Positions 1 to 9,847 of a stretch of DNA of 64,000 nucleotides are shown here, piece by piece. Position numbers and translations under genes: made by a program. The stretch is from Patescibacteria group bacterium (GTDB lineage: Bacteria > Patescibacteriota > Microgenomatia > UBA1400 > PJMF01). The stretch lies in the NCBI GenBank assembly GCA_016861205.1, contig BOKX01000001.1:603434-667433 (forward strand). The letters are read 5' to 3'. The notes beneath the pieces were generated by a model. That model made no database searches. It worked only from the letters and a program-made list of their open reading frames with translations, and was not told the origin of the DNA. How positions within the stretch are numbered: position 1 is the stretch's first letter; each line of letters begins with the position of its first letter.

Positions 1-1266
1 GTCAGCCTCACCGGCGTGGTTGATTTTTTTGAGTCCTCGGTCGAGGGTGGCGCCAAACTTAGTTAGCTCGGTAGCCAGCACTTCTTGGACGATCGGGACA
101 TCACGCTTAACTTCGACTCCAAAACCTAACCGCCCATCAACCTCGGCATACTGTTCGATCACTTGCTTCGCGATGCTTTGAAACGTTTTGATTGGGGTGA
201 AGTCACCACCCAAAGCTTGGTTTTTCACCGCAGCACGACGGATCAACCGGCGAAGCACATACCCCTGTTGTTTGTTGGATGGGCGCACCCCATCGACAAT
301 CAACATAGTAGCTGCTCGTAAGTGGTCAGCGATAACTCGGATAGCAGGTTGATATTCTGCCTGGTTATACTCAGCTTTTGTATCAGCAGTAATGGTCTGA
401 ATGGTGTCGGCGAAGGCTGGCGTCTCAAACACATCTTGAGTGTTGTAAGCTGCCGCTAGAATGCGTTCTAACCCACCCCCGAAGTCCACGTTTCGTTGTG
501 GCAGTTCTTGAAACGAACCATCAGCCTGCTTTTGGTACTGCATAAAAACTGAGTTGCCAATCTCCATGAACCGACCGCAGTCACAGTTCACATGACACGG
601 CTCGTCTTTCCAAGCAGACTGCTCATGCAGTTGTAGGTCAGCGCCAAAGTCATAAAAAACTTCACTGTCTGGTCCACCTGGTTCACCGGCTGGCATAGCA
701 GCTGGCACGCCAGAGCGTGACCACCAATTCTTCTTCTCTTCGTAGTAAAAAATACGTCCACCCTGCATCCCATCTCGGTCCGCAAAGTCAACATCTTTGG
801 CGTCAATGCCTTTGGCCTTGAACAACTTTTGCCAAATGGCTACAGACTCAGTGTCTTTGGGAATCCCGAGCTCTTCGTTGCCGCGAAAGACTGTGACAAA
901 CAATCGGTCTGGAGGCAACTGAACTACATCGGTTAAAAAGGTAAAAAACCACTCCAACTGTTCAGTTTTAAAGTACTCACCCAATGACCAATTGCCCAAC
1001 ATTTCAAAAAAGGTGGTGTGTCGGTTGTCACCGACTTCCTCGATGTCCACAGCTCGAAAGGTTTTTTGGGAATCAACAAGCCGGGTCCCTTTTGGGTGCG
1101 ATTGACCTAAAAGGTAAGGCACGAGTGGCTGCATACCAGAGCTGGTAAACAATGTTGTGGGATCATTTTCCGGTACCAGAGCGGCTGACGGGATCACCAC
1201 ATGGCCACGGGCTAGGTCTGTAAAAAAATCTAGATATGCTTGGCGAAGTGTATTAACTGTCCACAT
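1..1266 (-). CDS. alaS: Alanine--tRNA ligase, N-terminal catalytic part (3' partial: the C-terminal coding part continues beyond position 1)
   Basis: Reverse translation from the ATG at 1264-1266 reads MWTVNTLRQAYLDFFTDLARGHVVIPSAALVPENDPTTLFTSSGMQPLVPY...RAVDIEEVGDNRHTTFFEMLGNWSLGEYFK, the class II AlaRS core motifs. The frame stays open to the window edge. Absent from the ORF track only because it is truncated; the 588..806 track ORF is an out-of-frame artefact inside it. Confidence 0.8.
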   Translation of the reverse strand, partial: MWTVNTLRQAYLDFFTDLARGHVVIPSAALVPENDPTTLFTSSGMQPLVPYLLGQSHPKGTRLVDSQKTFRAVDIEEVGDNRHTTFFEMLGNWSLGEYFKTEQLEWFFTFLTDVVQLPPDRLFVTVFRGNEELGIPKDTESVAIWQKLFKAKGIDAKDVDFADRDGMQGGRIFYYEEKKNWWSRSGVPAAMPAGEPGGPDSEVFYDFGADLQLHEQSAWKDEPCHVNCDCGRFMEIGNSVFMQYQKQADGSFQELPQRNVDFGGGLERILAAAYNTQDVFETPAFADTIQTITADTKAEYNQAEYQPAIRVIADHLRAATMLIVDGVRPSNKQQGYVLRRLIRRAAVKNQALGGDFTPIKTFQSIAKQVIEQYAEVDGRLGFGVEVKRDVPIVQEVLATELTKFGATLDRGLKKINHAGEAD

Positions 1267-1334
1267 GGGGTGGATTGTACCAGGTAGCGGCTACTGACGC
1301 TATGAGAACGCCTACGACAATTCAAGTAAAGTAC

Positions 1335-1667
1335 TTAGACCCCTTTAAACTTGGTTTTAGCAGTCTTGGCTTTGGTCTTGGTCGATTTCTTAGCACTTTT
1401 GGCTTCTGGTGGTTGAAACTCACCCAGCCAGCCAGCCACTTTGTACAAGGCATCACGCAAGTTGAGCATTGCCACTTCTGCTGACTCGGGCTCAGTGCGA
1501 GACTGCAAATCTTGTTTGGCCGTGTCCCACTCTCGTTGTAACTCGCGACGGACTTTGTGCCCACGATCGGTGCCAAATAGGAAGTAGCCAGCAGCCCCAG
1601 CAAAAACTCCGAGTGCAAAACCAGTTAGGAATGAACCTTGATCTTGTGATTCTGACATAGACCTCAC
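1335..1667 (-). CDS. YtxH-like small stress protein (N-terminal membrane anchor, lysine-rich tail)
   Basis: 110 aa with an N-terminal hydrophobic helix (GFALGVFAGAAGYFLF) followed by a charged coiled segment and a K-rich C-terminus. This is the YtxH/DUF948-type architecture; pattern-level only. Confidence 0.4.
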   Translation of the reverse strand: MRSMSESQDQGSFLTGFALGVFAGAAGYFLFGTDRGHKVRRELQREWDTAKQDLQSRTEPESAEVAMLNLRDALYKVAGWLGEFQPPEAKSAKKSTKTKAKTAKTKFKGV

Positions 1668-1936
1668 TACTCTCGATCTTTAGTTCGCTGTAACCATGTT
1701 ACGAATGTTTCAAACACTTTCATGCCAGTGGTCAAACCTGTGGCCATTCCACCTAACCGTTGGAGAGGCTGCGTAATGGCGTTCAGTTTGGCTTCGGCAA
1801 CATCTAGAGTAGTGTTAACTTTCAGCAAGGTCCGACGAGCCTCCATTAGAACTAGAACCAGGTACACCCCGACTACCGTGAGCACCACAGTTAAAACTAC
1901 TAGGATGACGGCGTACAAAACGGGTAAAAACTCCAT
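1667..1936 (-). CDS. DUF948-like single-pass membrane protein
   Basis: 89 aa with a strongly hydrophobic N-terminus (VILVVLTVVLTVVGVYLVLVL) then a polar helix. Sits immediately upstream of the YtxH-like gene, the ytxG/ytxH-like pair arrangement. Confidence 0.35.
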   Translation of the reverse strand: MEFLPVLYAVILVVLTVVLTVVGVYLVLVLMEARRTLLKVNTTLDVAEAKLNAITQPLQRLGGMATGLTTGMKVFETFVTWLQRTKDRE

Positions 1937-2023
1937 ACGACTCCTTTATTGGCTGCAGCTGTAGAGTACGCTATTTAGCCTAAGACTGCAACCAAGAACT
2001 CGGCCAAAACGCGTCTTTACTAA

Positions 2024-2668
2024 CTAAAAACTAACGTATACTGTCCGCTGAACAAGCTGGGTTTTGCCCCGACGATCCGTCGCCTCAATGGTGATTGTGG
2101 CTAAACCTTGTCTCGGAATAAAAACTTCTGTCTTAAAGCTACCGTCATTTTGCAAGCTAACTGGTTGCGAGTTGACCAGCACGTTAGCCTCTGGGGCCGT
2201 TTGTCCTTCCACCACCACCTGAGAAGAAACTAGGGCATTTTCTTGTGGTGAAATGAGCGCAACTGCTGGCGGTTGGTTCAGTTGATACCACTGCACGGTA
2301 ATGTAGCCAAACACCACACAAAAAATCAGCCCGACTACCACTACGGCTGCTGTGACTGGTGTCCAAATAAAACGACGCTGTAAGACTGGTTTAATAAACT
2401 CTCGTGGGACCAACTTGCCGCGAGCACTCTCTTTGTAGTCACGGCGCAACAAGGCCAGCAGCGGCTGATAATCGAAACCAAACAACCGGCTGTAGGTCTT
2501 GATGTAACCTTTAACAAAAGTGGCAGCCGGCAACTCGTCGAAGCGGTTCTCTTCTAGAGCTTGCAAGTACTCCAACCGAATCCGAGTTCGCTGTGATAAC
2601 TCAACCAAACTTAAGCGGTGATAGACTCGCTCTGCTTTGAGGATTTCACCGATAGTTCTGGTTTTCAT
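2024..2668 (-). CDS. RodZ-like protein (N-terminal XRE-type HTH, single TM, C-terminal periplasmic domain)
   Basis: N-terminal HTH (IGEILKAERVYHRLSLVELSQRTRIRLEYLQALEENRF), a central TM segment (TAAVVVVGLIFCVVFGYI) and a C-terminal beta-rich domain, which is the RodZ architecture. Confidence 0.55.
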   Translation of the reverse strand: MKTRTIGEILKAERVYHRLSLVELSQRTRIRLEYLQALEENRFDELPAATFVKGYIKTYSRLFGFDYQPLLALLRRDYKESARGKLVPREFIKPVLQRRFIWTPVTAAVVVVGLIFCVVFGYITVQWYQLNQPPAVALISPQENALVSSQVVVEGQTAPEANVLVNSQPVSLQNDGSFKTEVFIPRQGLATITIEATDRRGKTQLVQRTVYVSF

Positions 2669-2673
2669 GGTGA

Positions 2674-3105
2674 CTAAATTAACTTCTCCTTAACCAAACG
2701 AGCAATCATGGCCCCATCAGCTTGGTTGCCAACTTTCGCTTTGACAGCTTGCATAACGGGTCCCATTGCTTTCGGTTCAGTGGCAGCAATTACCTCATCG
2801 ATCATGCTACTCAGCTCAGCTTCTGATAACTGAGCTGGCAAGTAACTCTGCAGTATTGCCACCTTTTGTTCTTCTTCAGCTACAATATCAGCTCGGCCAC
2901 CTTTCTCAAACTCGGTGATTGCATCTTTCATTTGTTTGATTTGTTTGGCAACCAATTTTTGAATACCGGCATCGTCCGTTTCACCATTATCAATTTCCCA
3001 ATTTTTGATTTCTGACATCATGAAGCGAATCGTGTTCAACTTCATTGAGTTTCGATCGCGCATAGCTTGTTTCATGTCATCCATGAGTTGTTGTTTTAAT
3101 GGCAT
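2674..3105 (-). CDS. GatB/YqeY domain protein
   Basis: MPLKQQLMDDMKQAMRDRN...EKGGRADIVAEEEQKVAILQSYLP is the characteristic YqeY N-terminus. I place the start at the internal Met (cat at 3103-3105); the track ORF extends to 3171. Confidence 0.65.
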   Translation of the reverse strand: MPLKQQLMDDMKQAMRDRNSMKLNTIRFMMSEIKNWEIDNGETDDAGIQKLVAKQIKQMKDAITEFEKGGRADIVAEEEQKVAILQSYLPAQLSEAELSSMIDEVIAATEPKAMGPVMQAVKAKVGNQADGAMIARLVKEKLI

Positions 3106-3292
3106 AGGGTCGTCTTTAGCTCGTTTGCCGCAGTCTAAAAAGGCCTGTCGCAAACGAGCTAAAATCCTCAATTTATTAATAACTACTATTATCCACTCTG
3201 GTGGGAACTGTCACATAATTGTATCACCAAGCTGATGGGTCTCGAATGGTAGTTATGGTCAGCCTAGATCACGTGTGATGTGGGCAACAAAA

Positions 3293-3318
3293 AACCCCCC
3301 GCTTGCGGCGGGGGGTTA
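3293..3318 (-). terminator. Rho-independent terminator downstream of the DsbA-like gene
   Basis: GC-rich 8-bp stem (ccccccgc / gcgggggg) with a short loop. On the minus strand it is followed by a TTTTTTG tract, directly after the stop of the 3337..4152 gene. Confidence 0.55.
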
Positions 3319-3336
3319 CAGTTACACTACCGGAGC

Positions 3337-4152
3337 TTACTTGACGTATTTGTCGAGAGCTACTTTGACTTGATCAAATGGTAAGGCACCTGGAATGAGT
3401 TCAGCTTGATCACCAACTAATATGATCGTGCCAGGAGTACCGTTGATACCGGCGGCTGTTCCGCCGTCCATCTGAGCTTTAACCTTGGCAGCCATCTCAC
3501 CACTATCCAGACACTTCTGGAAGGTGTCCATGTTTACTCCCACAGCTTGGGCCGCTGAAGTAATCGTTTCAGGTGTGATACGACCACCTAACTTATTATT
3601 CTCTTCAAACATTTTGTCACCATATGCCCAGAAGCCGTCGTTGCCCTTTTGCTTGGCCACACACTCAGCTGCTTCGGCTGCCTTTTGAGCGTTGGGATGG
3701 AATGAAAGTGGGAAGTGTCGATACACCCAACGGACCTTGTCCCCATACTCTTTCATGACTTGTTGCATGGTGGGGTGGAATTGAGCACAGAATGGACACT
3801 CAAAGTCAGAGTACTCAATCAAGGTAATCTCTGCATTCTTGTTACCTCGGACTCGATCTTCGTTGGTCACTTTGGGAGCTTTTTTGAGCGTCTCAGGAGT
3901 TGGACCTTCTGGAGCAGCTGCGGCTCCAGCACCAGCCCCAGCACCGGCTGCGCCAGTCCCAGCTGTTGGGAAACCACCAGCTTTGAGGAAGCGATTTTCA
4001 CTCCACAGTGAGCCGGCATAGAAGCCACCCAAAAAGAACAAAATCGCTAAAAAGAAAACGACGAAGTTAGCGTTGATAAAGTTCACAAAACTAGCCAATG
4101 AATACATCGATTCTGATGACCGATACTCACTGACGACTGGTTTAACTGCCAT
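3337..4152 (-). CDS. DsbA-family thiol:disulfide oxidoreductase (membrane-anchored, Ala/Gly-rich linker)
   Basis: CPFC active-site motif (FECPFCAQFHP), thioredoxin-fold context, N-terminal TM helix and a GAGAGAGAAAAP linker. Confidence 0.7.
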   Translation of the reverse strand: MAVKPVVSEYRSSESMYSLASFVNFINANFVVFFLAILFFLGGFYAGSLWSENRFLKAGGFPTAGTGAAGAGAGAGAAAAPEGPTPETLKKAPKVTNEDRVRGNKNAEITLIEYSDFECPFCAQFHPTMQQVMKEYGDKVRWVYRHFPLSFHPNAQKAAEAAECVAKQKGNDGFWAYGDKMFEENNKLGGRITPETITSAAQAVGVNMDTFQKCLDSGEMAAKVKAQMDGGTAAGINGTPGTIILVGDQAELIPGALPFDQVKVALDKYVK

Positions 4153-4278
4153 GCTGCTCCTTGCTGAGTACTAAGTAGTGATACCCTGATGGTTCGCCTA
4201 TCTTGCCTGAGTTAAACTTAAAAAACAAGCGGGGATTTTGTAAGGTGCACTCGGTATAATCCTGAAAAGACGCTGAAA

Positions 4279-5055
4279 TTGCCACGTTTTATGACACCAA
4301 ATACACCACGCCAACTGTCACCCTATGAACGAAATCAATTAGTAAGAAATGGGATTGATCCTGCCACTATTGATCAGTATGGCGACCGACCAGTGGAGTA
4401 CATTACTGGCCGAGTCGAGTTTGCGGGTCATGAGTTTGAGGTGACACCTGATGTGCTCATTCCTCGGATTGAGACCGAAGAGTTGGTTGCGTTCGTCACA
4501 ACCGAGACCACTCACTTTCCTCAACCCCTACGACTGGTGGACATCGGGACAGGCAGTGGAGCCTTGGGTTTGAGTGTGGCAGCCTGGCTGGATCGACAGT
4601 CTTGGACTTTTGAGCTTGATCTCGTCGATGTTTCATCCGCTGCTTTGACCGTAGCGAAACGAAATGCCACCCAGCTTGGACTTCCGGTCGAGCAGTTACA
4701 CTGGCATCAAAGTGATTTGCTGACAGCGGTGTCACCTGATCGCACCTACCATGTAGTAATGGCAAACCTGCCGTATATTCCTACCAGTCGAGTTGCTCAG
4801 CTCGACTCTTCAGTCAAAGACTTTGAACCTATCTTGGCACTCGATGGTGGCCCCACTGGAAGTGAAGTTATTCAGCGACTACTGTCACAGTTGCCGCCAT
4901 ATTTAGCCCAGCAGCATGTTGTTTGGCTTGAGATTGATCACACGCACGAACTACCACATTTGATCGGGGATTTGCAGGGTTGGCAGGGTCAAATTGTCAG
5001 TGATAGCATGGGTCGAAGTCGATTTGCTCGACTAACGTATCAGCTGCCTGCCTAG
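4279..5055 (+). CDS. prmC: Release factor glutamine N5-methyltransferase PrmC/HemK
   Basis: SAM-binding motif VDIGTGSGALG and the catalytic NPPY-type motif (MANLPYIP). Confidence 0.75.
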   Translation: MPRFMTPNTPRQLSPYERNQLVRNGIDPATIDQYGDRPVEYITGRVEFAGHEFEVTPDVLIPRIETEELVAFVTTETTHFPQPLRLVDIGTGSGALGLSVAAWLDRQSWTFELDLVDVSSAALTVAKRNATQLGLPVEQLHWHQSDLLTAVSPDRTYHVVMANLPYIPTSRVAQLDSSVKDFEPILALDGGPTGSEVIQRLLSQLPPYLAQQHVVWLEIDHTHELPHLIGDLQGWQGQIVSDSMGRSRFARLTYQLPA

Positions 5056-5068
5056 CAAGCTGTAAACC

Positions 5069-6268
5069 ATGGTCATTGCCAAAGATAGCCTTCCCAAAGC
5101 TGTCACACTTTCACCCCACGACTACGAGACGCTCCTTTTTATTGGTCAACTTCAGGACAAAAAAAGATCACTGAAACTAAAAAAACCCATCTCACGGAAC
5201 CTAACTTCTCACGAGCTACAAGTGATCTATCGAACTGCTCAACTCAAGTTGTTGTACTTGGTGATGCAGGCTGAAGATTGCTGGCAAAGTGTGGCTGAGG
5301 TTCAACGACCTAAGCACCCCGATTACTATGTGCACTATCACCATCGTGATCGCAAGACACTAGCCTTTTTAATTCAGCGAGCTATCTCTGATTGGCCAAG
5401 TCTGCCCGTTGAAGACCGCTACATGTTCATAGCCAGATGTTTACAAGATATGGCTGCCACTTCAATAAACACCGCCACCAGTCCTATGTTGAGTGGCGGC
5501 GGGCGAGGCGTCGAAAACCCACGTCACCGACTGAAATGGTGGTCACAAGCAGTAACGGCCACCGAGCGCAATCATCTCATCAAAAGCCTTGCGTTGGCTC
5601 AGAATCAAGGTTCTCAAACTCTTTTTTCGCCAGAAGCTGGCGATCGGATGTTTTTGGACACGTCAGCAAGTTTGAAAATCGCCATCGGTGAAGATGGCCT
5701 TAGCTCTCTGCTACCTATTGAAGAACAGTTCCCGCAGGCTCTCTACAGCTCAGCCACATTTGATCAGATTATACTCAGAGCTGACGGCACAGTTTTGATG
5801 GTCAAAAACTGTTATGAACCTCGGCTGACCCCAGAAGCTGTCTCGAACGAACCAAGTTATGTGCAGTTAGTGGTCCAAATGGCATTGGCCGAACGCTTGG
5901 CACAGAAACTGTATCAGCAAGCCTTTCCCAAACCGACCAGTACGCCACCTTACTTTTTAGTTGACCCTCTTGAGCTCGCATATCAACCAGCAGTCAAAGT
6001 CATCGAACGTTACCCGCTTATTCTCGACACCAAACGGAAAATTTGGGAACGCGATGTTACTCCCAATCCCCAGCAGTTTGCCGATGGTGTCAATCAGCTT
6101 TACCAGCTGAGCGCGTATGCCAGCAACCCGTATCTCTTGGCATTACTGAAAGATCGGCGAAAGAATGCCCACATCCCCACAGAGTTCTGGCCGCGCTACC
6201 AAGTTCCCCAATGGGAGGATCGGAACCAGTACTTCCGACAACTTGGTTTGCCAAACTTCATCGAGTAG
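5069..6268 (+). CDS. Hypothetical protein (399 aa, no recognisable domain)
   Basis: Long ORF with protein-like composition, co-directional and tightly spaced between prmC and the COG0523 gene. No motif I recognise. Confidence 0.4.
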   Translation: MVIAKDSLPKAVTLSPHDYETLLFIGQLQDKKRSLKLKKPISRNLTSHELQVIYRTAQLKLLYLVMQAEDCWQSVAEVQRPKHPDYYVHYHHRDRKTLAFLIQRAISDWPSLPVEDRYMFIARCLQDMAATSINTATSPMLSGGGRGVENPRHRLKWWSQAVTATERNHLIKSLALAQNQGSQTLFSPEAGDRMFLDTSASLKIAIGEDGLSSLLPIEEQFPQALYSSATFDQIILRADGTVLMVKNCYEPRLTPEAVSNEPSYVQLVVQMALAERLAQKLYQQAFPKPTSTPPYFLVDPLELAYQPAVKVIERYPLILDTKRKIWERDVTPNPQQFADGVNQLYQLSAYASNPYLLALLKDRRKNAHIPTEFWPRYQVPQWEDRNQYFRQLGLPNFIE

Positions 6269-6285
6269 TTTACAGTTAGGCTGGT

Positions 6286-7233
6286 ATGACTGCGACTTCC
6301 ACCCCCGTGACCATCGTGACCGGCTTTTTAGGGTCAGGCAAAACGACTATCATTCTGCATCTTGTCGAGCAACTTCAATCTCGCGGTGAACAGGTGGTGT
6401 ACATCAAAAACGAACTCGGTAATCAAGATATCGACACTCAAATCATTAAAACTACTCGTATAGAGACTCGTGAACTACTCAACGGATGTATATGTTGTAC
6501 GCTGGTGGGTCCCTTTACCCAAGCCATCGATGAGCTCATCGCGCGGTTCCATCCCGACCGGGTCATCATTGAGGCGAGTGGGGCAGCTGATCCTTCAGCG
6601 ATTGCCCTCACTGTTTCAAGCCACCCAGGGCTGCGCCGTGATGGGGTTGTCAGTATCATCGACGTTGCCAACTTTGAAGGCTACCAAGACATTAGCACAA
6701 CTGCCCAACATCAAGCCCAGTTCACCGATTTAATCGTTTTTAACAAAGTTGAGTTGGTTGATGAGGCTCGAAAAATGGCGGTGGTTGGTTATGTGCGAGA
6801 ACTAAATCAATATGCCCCAATCGTTGAGGCTGTGGCGGGTAAACTGGATCCGGAATTGGTCTTTGGCTGTCACACCACTGAACTTGAGGCCCTCCTTCAG
6901 ACACACCCCGATCATCACCAGCACCTGACAATGGATCAACTTACGAGTTGTAGTTTTGATCTTGCTACTCCACCTGACAAACAGAGCTTGGAACAAGCTC
7001 TGTCACACCTGCCAAAACAGGTGTTCCGAATTAAAGGTATTATCACTGATACAACCGGCCAAACTTGGCTAGTCAACAAAGTTGGCTCGCGGCTTGACCT
7101 ACAATCAATAACCCCACCAAGCGGTGCTCCGCTTGGTCGGTTGGTTTGTTTGGGTTTTGATGTAACCAACTTGGCACCAGAAATCGAGCACCAATGGCGT
7201 GCAGCCGGACTGGATATCAAGCTACTTCGCTAA
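6286..7233 (+). CDS. COG0523 (CobW/ZigA/YeiR-type) G3E-family GTPase, putative zinc metallochaperone
   Basis: Walker A GFLGSGKTT, metal-binding GCICCTL (CxCC) motif, and a C-terminal CobW_C-like region. Confidence 0.7.
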   Translation: MTATSTPVTIVTGFLGSGKTTIILHLVEQLQSRGEQVVYIKNELGNQDIDTQIIKTTRIETRELLNGCICCTLVGPFTQAIDELIARFHPDRVIIEASGAADPSAIALTVSSHPGLRRDGVVSIIDVANFEGYQDISTTAQHQAQFTDLIVFNKVELVDEARKMAVVGYVRELNQYAPIVEAVAGKLDPELVFGCHTTELEALLQTHPDHHQHLTMDQLTSCSFDLATPPDKQSLEQALSHLPKQVFRIKGIITDTTGQTWLVNKVGSRLDLQSITPPSGAPLGRLVCLGFDVTNLAPEIEHQWRAAGLDIKLLR

Positions 7234-7242
7234 CGAACTCCA

Positions 7243-8307
7243 TCAACTGAGCCGCTTTAGTTGCCAAGCTACCAGATCATAAAACAGCTCGCGCCACTCC
7301 TCAGTGAGCGGCAATCGAGTTATCAACTCGTGAGCACTGGTTTCCAGCTCAAACAACTCTTGATCCACTTTGGCTTTCGCCCCAGAGTCAATGACGAGCT
7401 GACGAACAAAGGTCAAATCACCTTCACCCAAGTCGCTCTTCCCAACCAAAGTCATCACTCGTTGCCAATCTTCATGGGTAACTAACTGCCGCGCATACCA
7501 AAAGTACAGGGTTTGTTTACCCTCTCTGAGGTCTGAACCCGCTGGCTTGCCAATCTGTTCACTGCTACCAAACAGTCCTAGCTCATCATCCTTAATCTGA
7601 AACAGTACGCCGAGTGCCTCGCCAAGTTTTTCCAAGTCGCGTACCACCGCCGAGGTTTGCTGACTGATCAAGGCTGCTGACACGAGTGGCAACACAAAAC
7701 TGTAGCGAGCAGTCTTTTCAATGAAAATGGCTCGAATCTCGTCGTCGCTCAGTTGACGAGTATCGTAACCGGCAATGGTGTCTTTCATCTCACCAAATGC
7801 GGTAAACATCATCTCTTGCGACATACGTTTGATGACGGCGCGAGTAGTGCTTCCGTCAAGCCGGGTGTCGGCAAGCAACTGATTCGCTAAGAAAAAACAA
7901 ATATCCCCCACACACAAAGCTAAGCTTTGGCCAACATGTGGTGCTTGTGGCCACTGGTTTTGTTCAGCCTGTCGTGTGTAGTAGGCAAAAACTGAAGGTT
8001 GGCCGCGGCGAACTTCGTCTCGGTCAATAATGTCATCATGAATGAGAAGCGCATTGTTCAACAACTCCCAGGCTGCACCTAACTTGATCCCATCAGATAC
8101 ATCACCGCCAAAAGCTTCTGTAGCCATCGCGGTCAGACACCCTCTCAGCAGCTTGCCCGCTGCCACTCGCTCGTGCAAAACACGCCATACTTCTGTCGGC
8201 ACCTGTCCCGTGGCTGGTGCAGCCACTTCAGCTTCACGCAACGTTTGCGTTAAAGACTCTGTCAGTAACTCACGATACTGAGTCAGATACTTCATCAGGT
8301 TACTCAT
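7243..8307 (-). CDS. Polyprenyl (isoprenyl diphosphate) synthase family protein
   Basis: First aspartate-rich motif LIHDDIIDRDEVRRGQPS and second FQIKDDELGLFG with KPAGSDLREGKQT. Confidence 0.8.
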   Translation of the reverse strand: MSNLMKYLTQYRELLTESLTQTLREAEVAAPATGQVPTEVWRVLHERVAAGKLLRGCLTAMATEAFGGDVSDGIKLGAAWELLNNALLIHDDIIDRDEVRRGQPSVFAYYTRQAEQNQWPQAPHVGQSLALCVGDICFFLANQLLADTRLDGSTTRAVIKRMSQEMMFTAFGEMKDTIAGYDTRQLSDDEIRAIFIEKTARYSFVLPLVSAALISQQTSAVVRDLEKLGEALGVLFQIKDDELGLFGSSEQIGKPAGSDLREGKQTLYFWYARQLVTHEDWQRVMTLVGKSDLGEGDLTFVRQLVIDSGAKAKVDQELFELETSAHELITRLPLTEEWRELFYDLVAWQLKRLS

Positions 8308-8316
8308 GGCTGTATT

Positions 8317-9024
8317 CTAACGCAGTTGTAATCGAAGGCGAGCCCCACCCAGGTCAACCCGTTCTCCACTTGATGATCGGACTTGCACTTCGTATGTTGT
8401 TGGCGAGCTAAACAATGAAAAAGCTGGAGAGGTTTTCCAGGTTGAAGTGGAGGTGTTGTGACTCACTGTAGATTGAGCAAAAATCTGACCTGTACTGGCT
8501 ACCAATCGGGCACTAGCCTCACCCCCCAAAATGGCCAGAGCCGCTTCAAATGTAACTGAACTCAAGCCAGGATATTCAGCTGGATTGATCGTGACGCTTG
8601 CACCTGGAATCGTTTTCCAGCTGGTGTCTGTACTACTCCCAGAACCAAGAAAAATCATAACTTCTCGACTCGAGCTAGCACTCGGTTGCCCTGTGGGAAC
8701 ATTTTTGGGAGTTGGAGTCGGAACTGTCTCTAGCTGGATTACTCGTTGTTCGAGCACCTGAAGCTGGTTGGTTAGCGTTTGCACTTGAACCTGAGCCGGG
8801 AGTGATGAACTGCTTGGCTTGGGCACAAAACTTGGCGTGGCAATTGGCGTTGTGACGGCCGTGACACCCCAAACTGCTTCAAGCTGGGCTTGTGTAGCTA
8901 GTTGTTGATCGCTGAGACGCTGCAAACGCTGATATTGAACAAAGGTAACTGTCCACAACCCAGCCACATTAATCATGAGCAAAATAATAACGGATCGCAA
9001 AACGTACCGCTGAAACGCAGGCAT
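8317..9024 (-). CDS. Hypothetical membrane-anchored Ser/Thr/Pro-rich protein
   Basis: N-terminal TM helix (SVIILLMINVAGLWTVTFV), a coiled Q-rich segment, then an S/T/P-rich extracellular region. No known domain. Confidence 0.35.
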   Translation of the reverse strand: MPAFQRYVLRSVIILLMINVAGLWTVTFVQYQRLQRLSDQQLATQAQLEAVWGVTAVTTPIATPSFVPKPSSSSLPAQVQVQTLTNQLQVLEQRVIQLETVPTPTPKNVPTGQPSASSSREVMIFLGSGSSTDTSWKTIPGASVTINPAEYPGLSSVTFEAALAILGGEASARLVASTGQIFAQSTVSHNTSTSTWKTSPAFSLFSSPTTYEVQVRSSSGERVDLGGARLRLQLR

Positions 9025-9086
9025 GCTATCACTATAGCAAAGAATCGCTCACGATTTGTGAACAAGTGCTGATTAAAAAAAGGCGA

Positions 9087-9827
9087 TTACTCGGTAAATA
9101 GGGCTAAGTACATTATCAACAAACCAATCCCAAACCAGCCTAAAGCCAGGGCAACATGCTTGAGTCGGCCTTCCTCACGTAGTTCTGGAATTAAGTCTGA
9201 GCTGGCAATGTACAAGAAGCTTCCGGCAGCCACCGGCAACAAATATGGCACTACCGGCTCTGCCCAGGCGCTAAACCCCCAACCAACAATACCTCCCACT
9301 ATCGCTGTCAACGCGACCAGCACATTGGCGAGTAAGGCCCGTTGCTTAGAAAAACCCGCATGCAACAAAACCCCCAGATCGCCTAGCTCTTGTGGTACTT
9401 CATGAAGTGCGATAGCCAACGTCGTGCTCAAACCCAACGCGGGGCTAACCACAAAGGCAGCGGCGATAGTCACCCCATCTAAGAAGTTGTGAATTGCATC
9501 TCCGATCAAATTCAAGTGTCCATACACATGCTCATGACACTCTGTGTCGTGGCAGTGTTGCCAATGCAGCACTTTCTCGATAATAAAAAAAGCCGTAAAG
9601 CTGAGTACTAAAGTCGTCATGGCAGGCATAACATCAATAGTCTCGATCGCTTCTGGAAGCAAATGCCAAAAAGCTGCCCCCATTAAAGTGCCCGCTGCTA
9701 AAGAAACCAACCAATAGGTGTATTTGTGCACAGGCACACGGGCATTGAGTAACAACCAAGCACTCACTAATGATAGGGCACTCACACCGCCAGTCGCTAA
9801 CAAGATCAGGAATAATGTCATACTCAC
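9087..9827 (-). CDS. ZIP-family zinc/metal transporter (ZupT-like)
   Basis: Eight TM-like segments, His-rich loop HWQHCHDTECHEHVYGH, and conserved ZIP motifs HNFLDGVTIAAAF / LHEVPQELGDLGVL. Confidence 0.75.
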   Translation of the reverse strand: MSMTLFLILLATGGVSALSLVSAWLLLNARVPVHKYTYWLVSLAAGTLMGAAFWHLLPEAIETIDVMPAMTTLVLSFTAFFIIEKVLHWQHCHDTECHEHVYGHLNLIGDAIHNFLDGVTIAAAFVVSPALGLSTTLAIALHEVPQELGDLGVLLHAGFSKQRALLANVLVALTAIVGGIVGWGFSAWAEPVVPYLLPVAAGSFLYIASSDLIPELREEGRLKHVALALGWFGIGLLIMYLALFTE

Positions 9828-9847
9828 ATTGTAGCCGATTGACGAGG

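Noticed and set aside
588-806. Track ORF (72 aa, minus strand) and other short ORFs inside 1-1266
   Set aside because: They lie out of frame inside the alaS coding region. The in-frame minus-strand translation from 1266 gives unmistakable AlaRS motifs, so these are antisense or out-of-frame artefacts.
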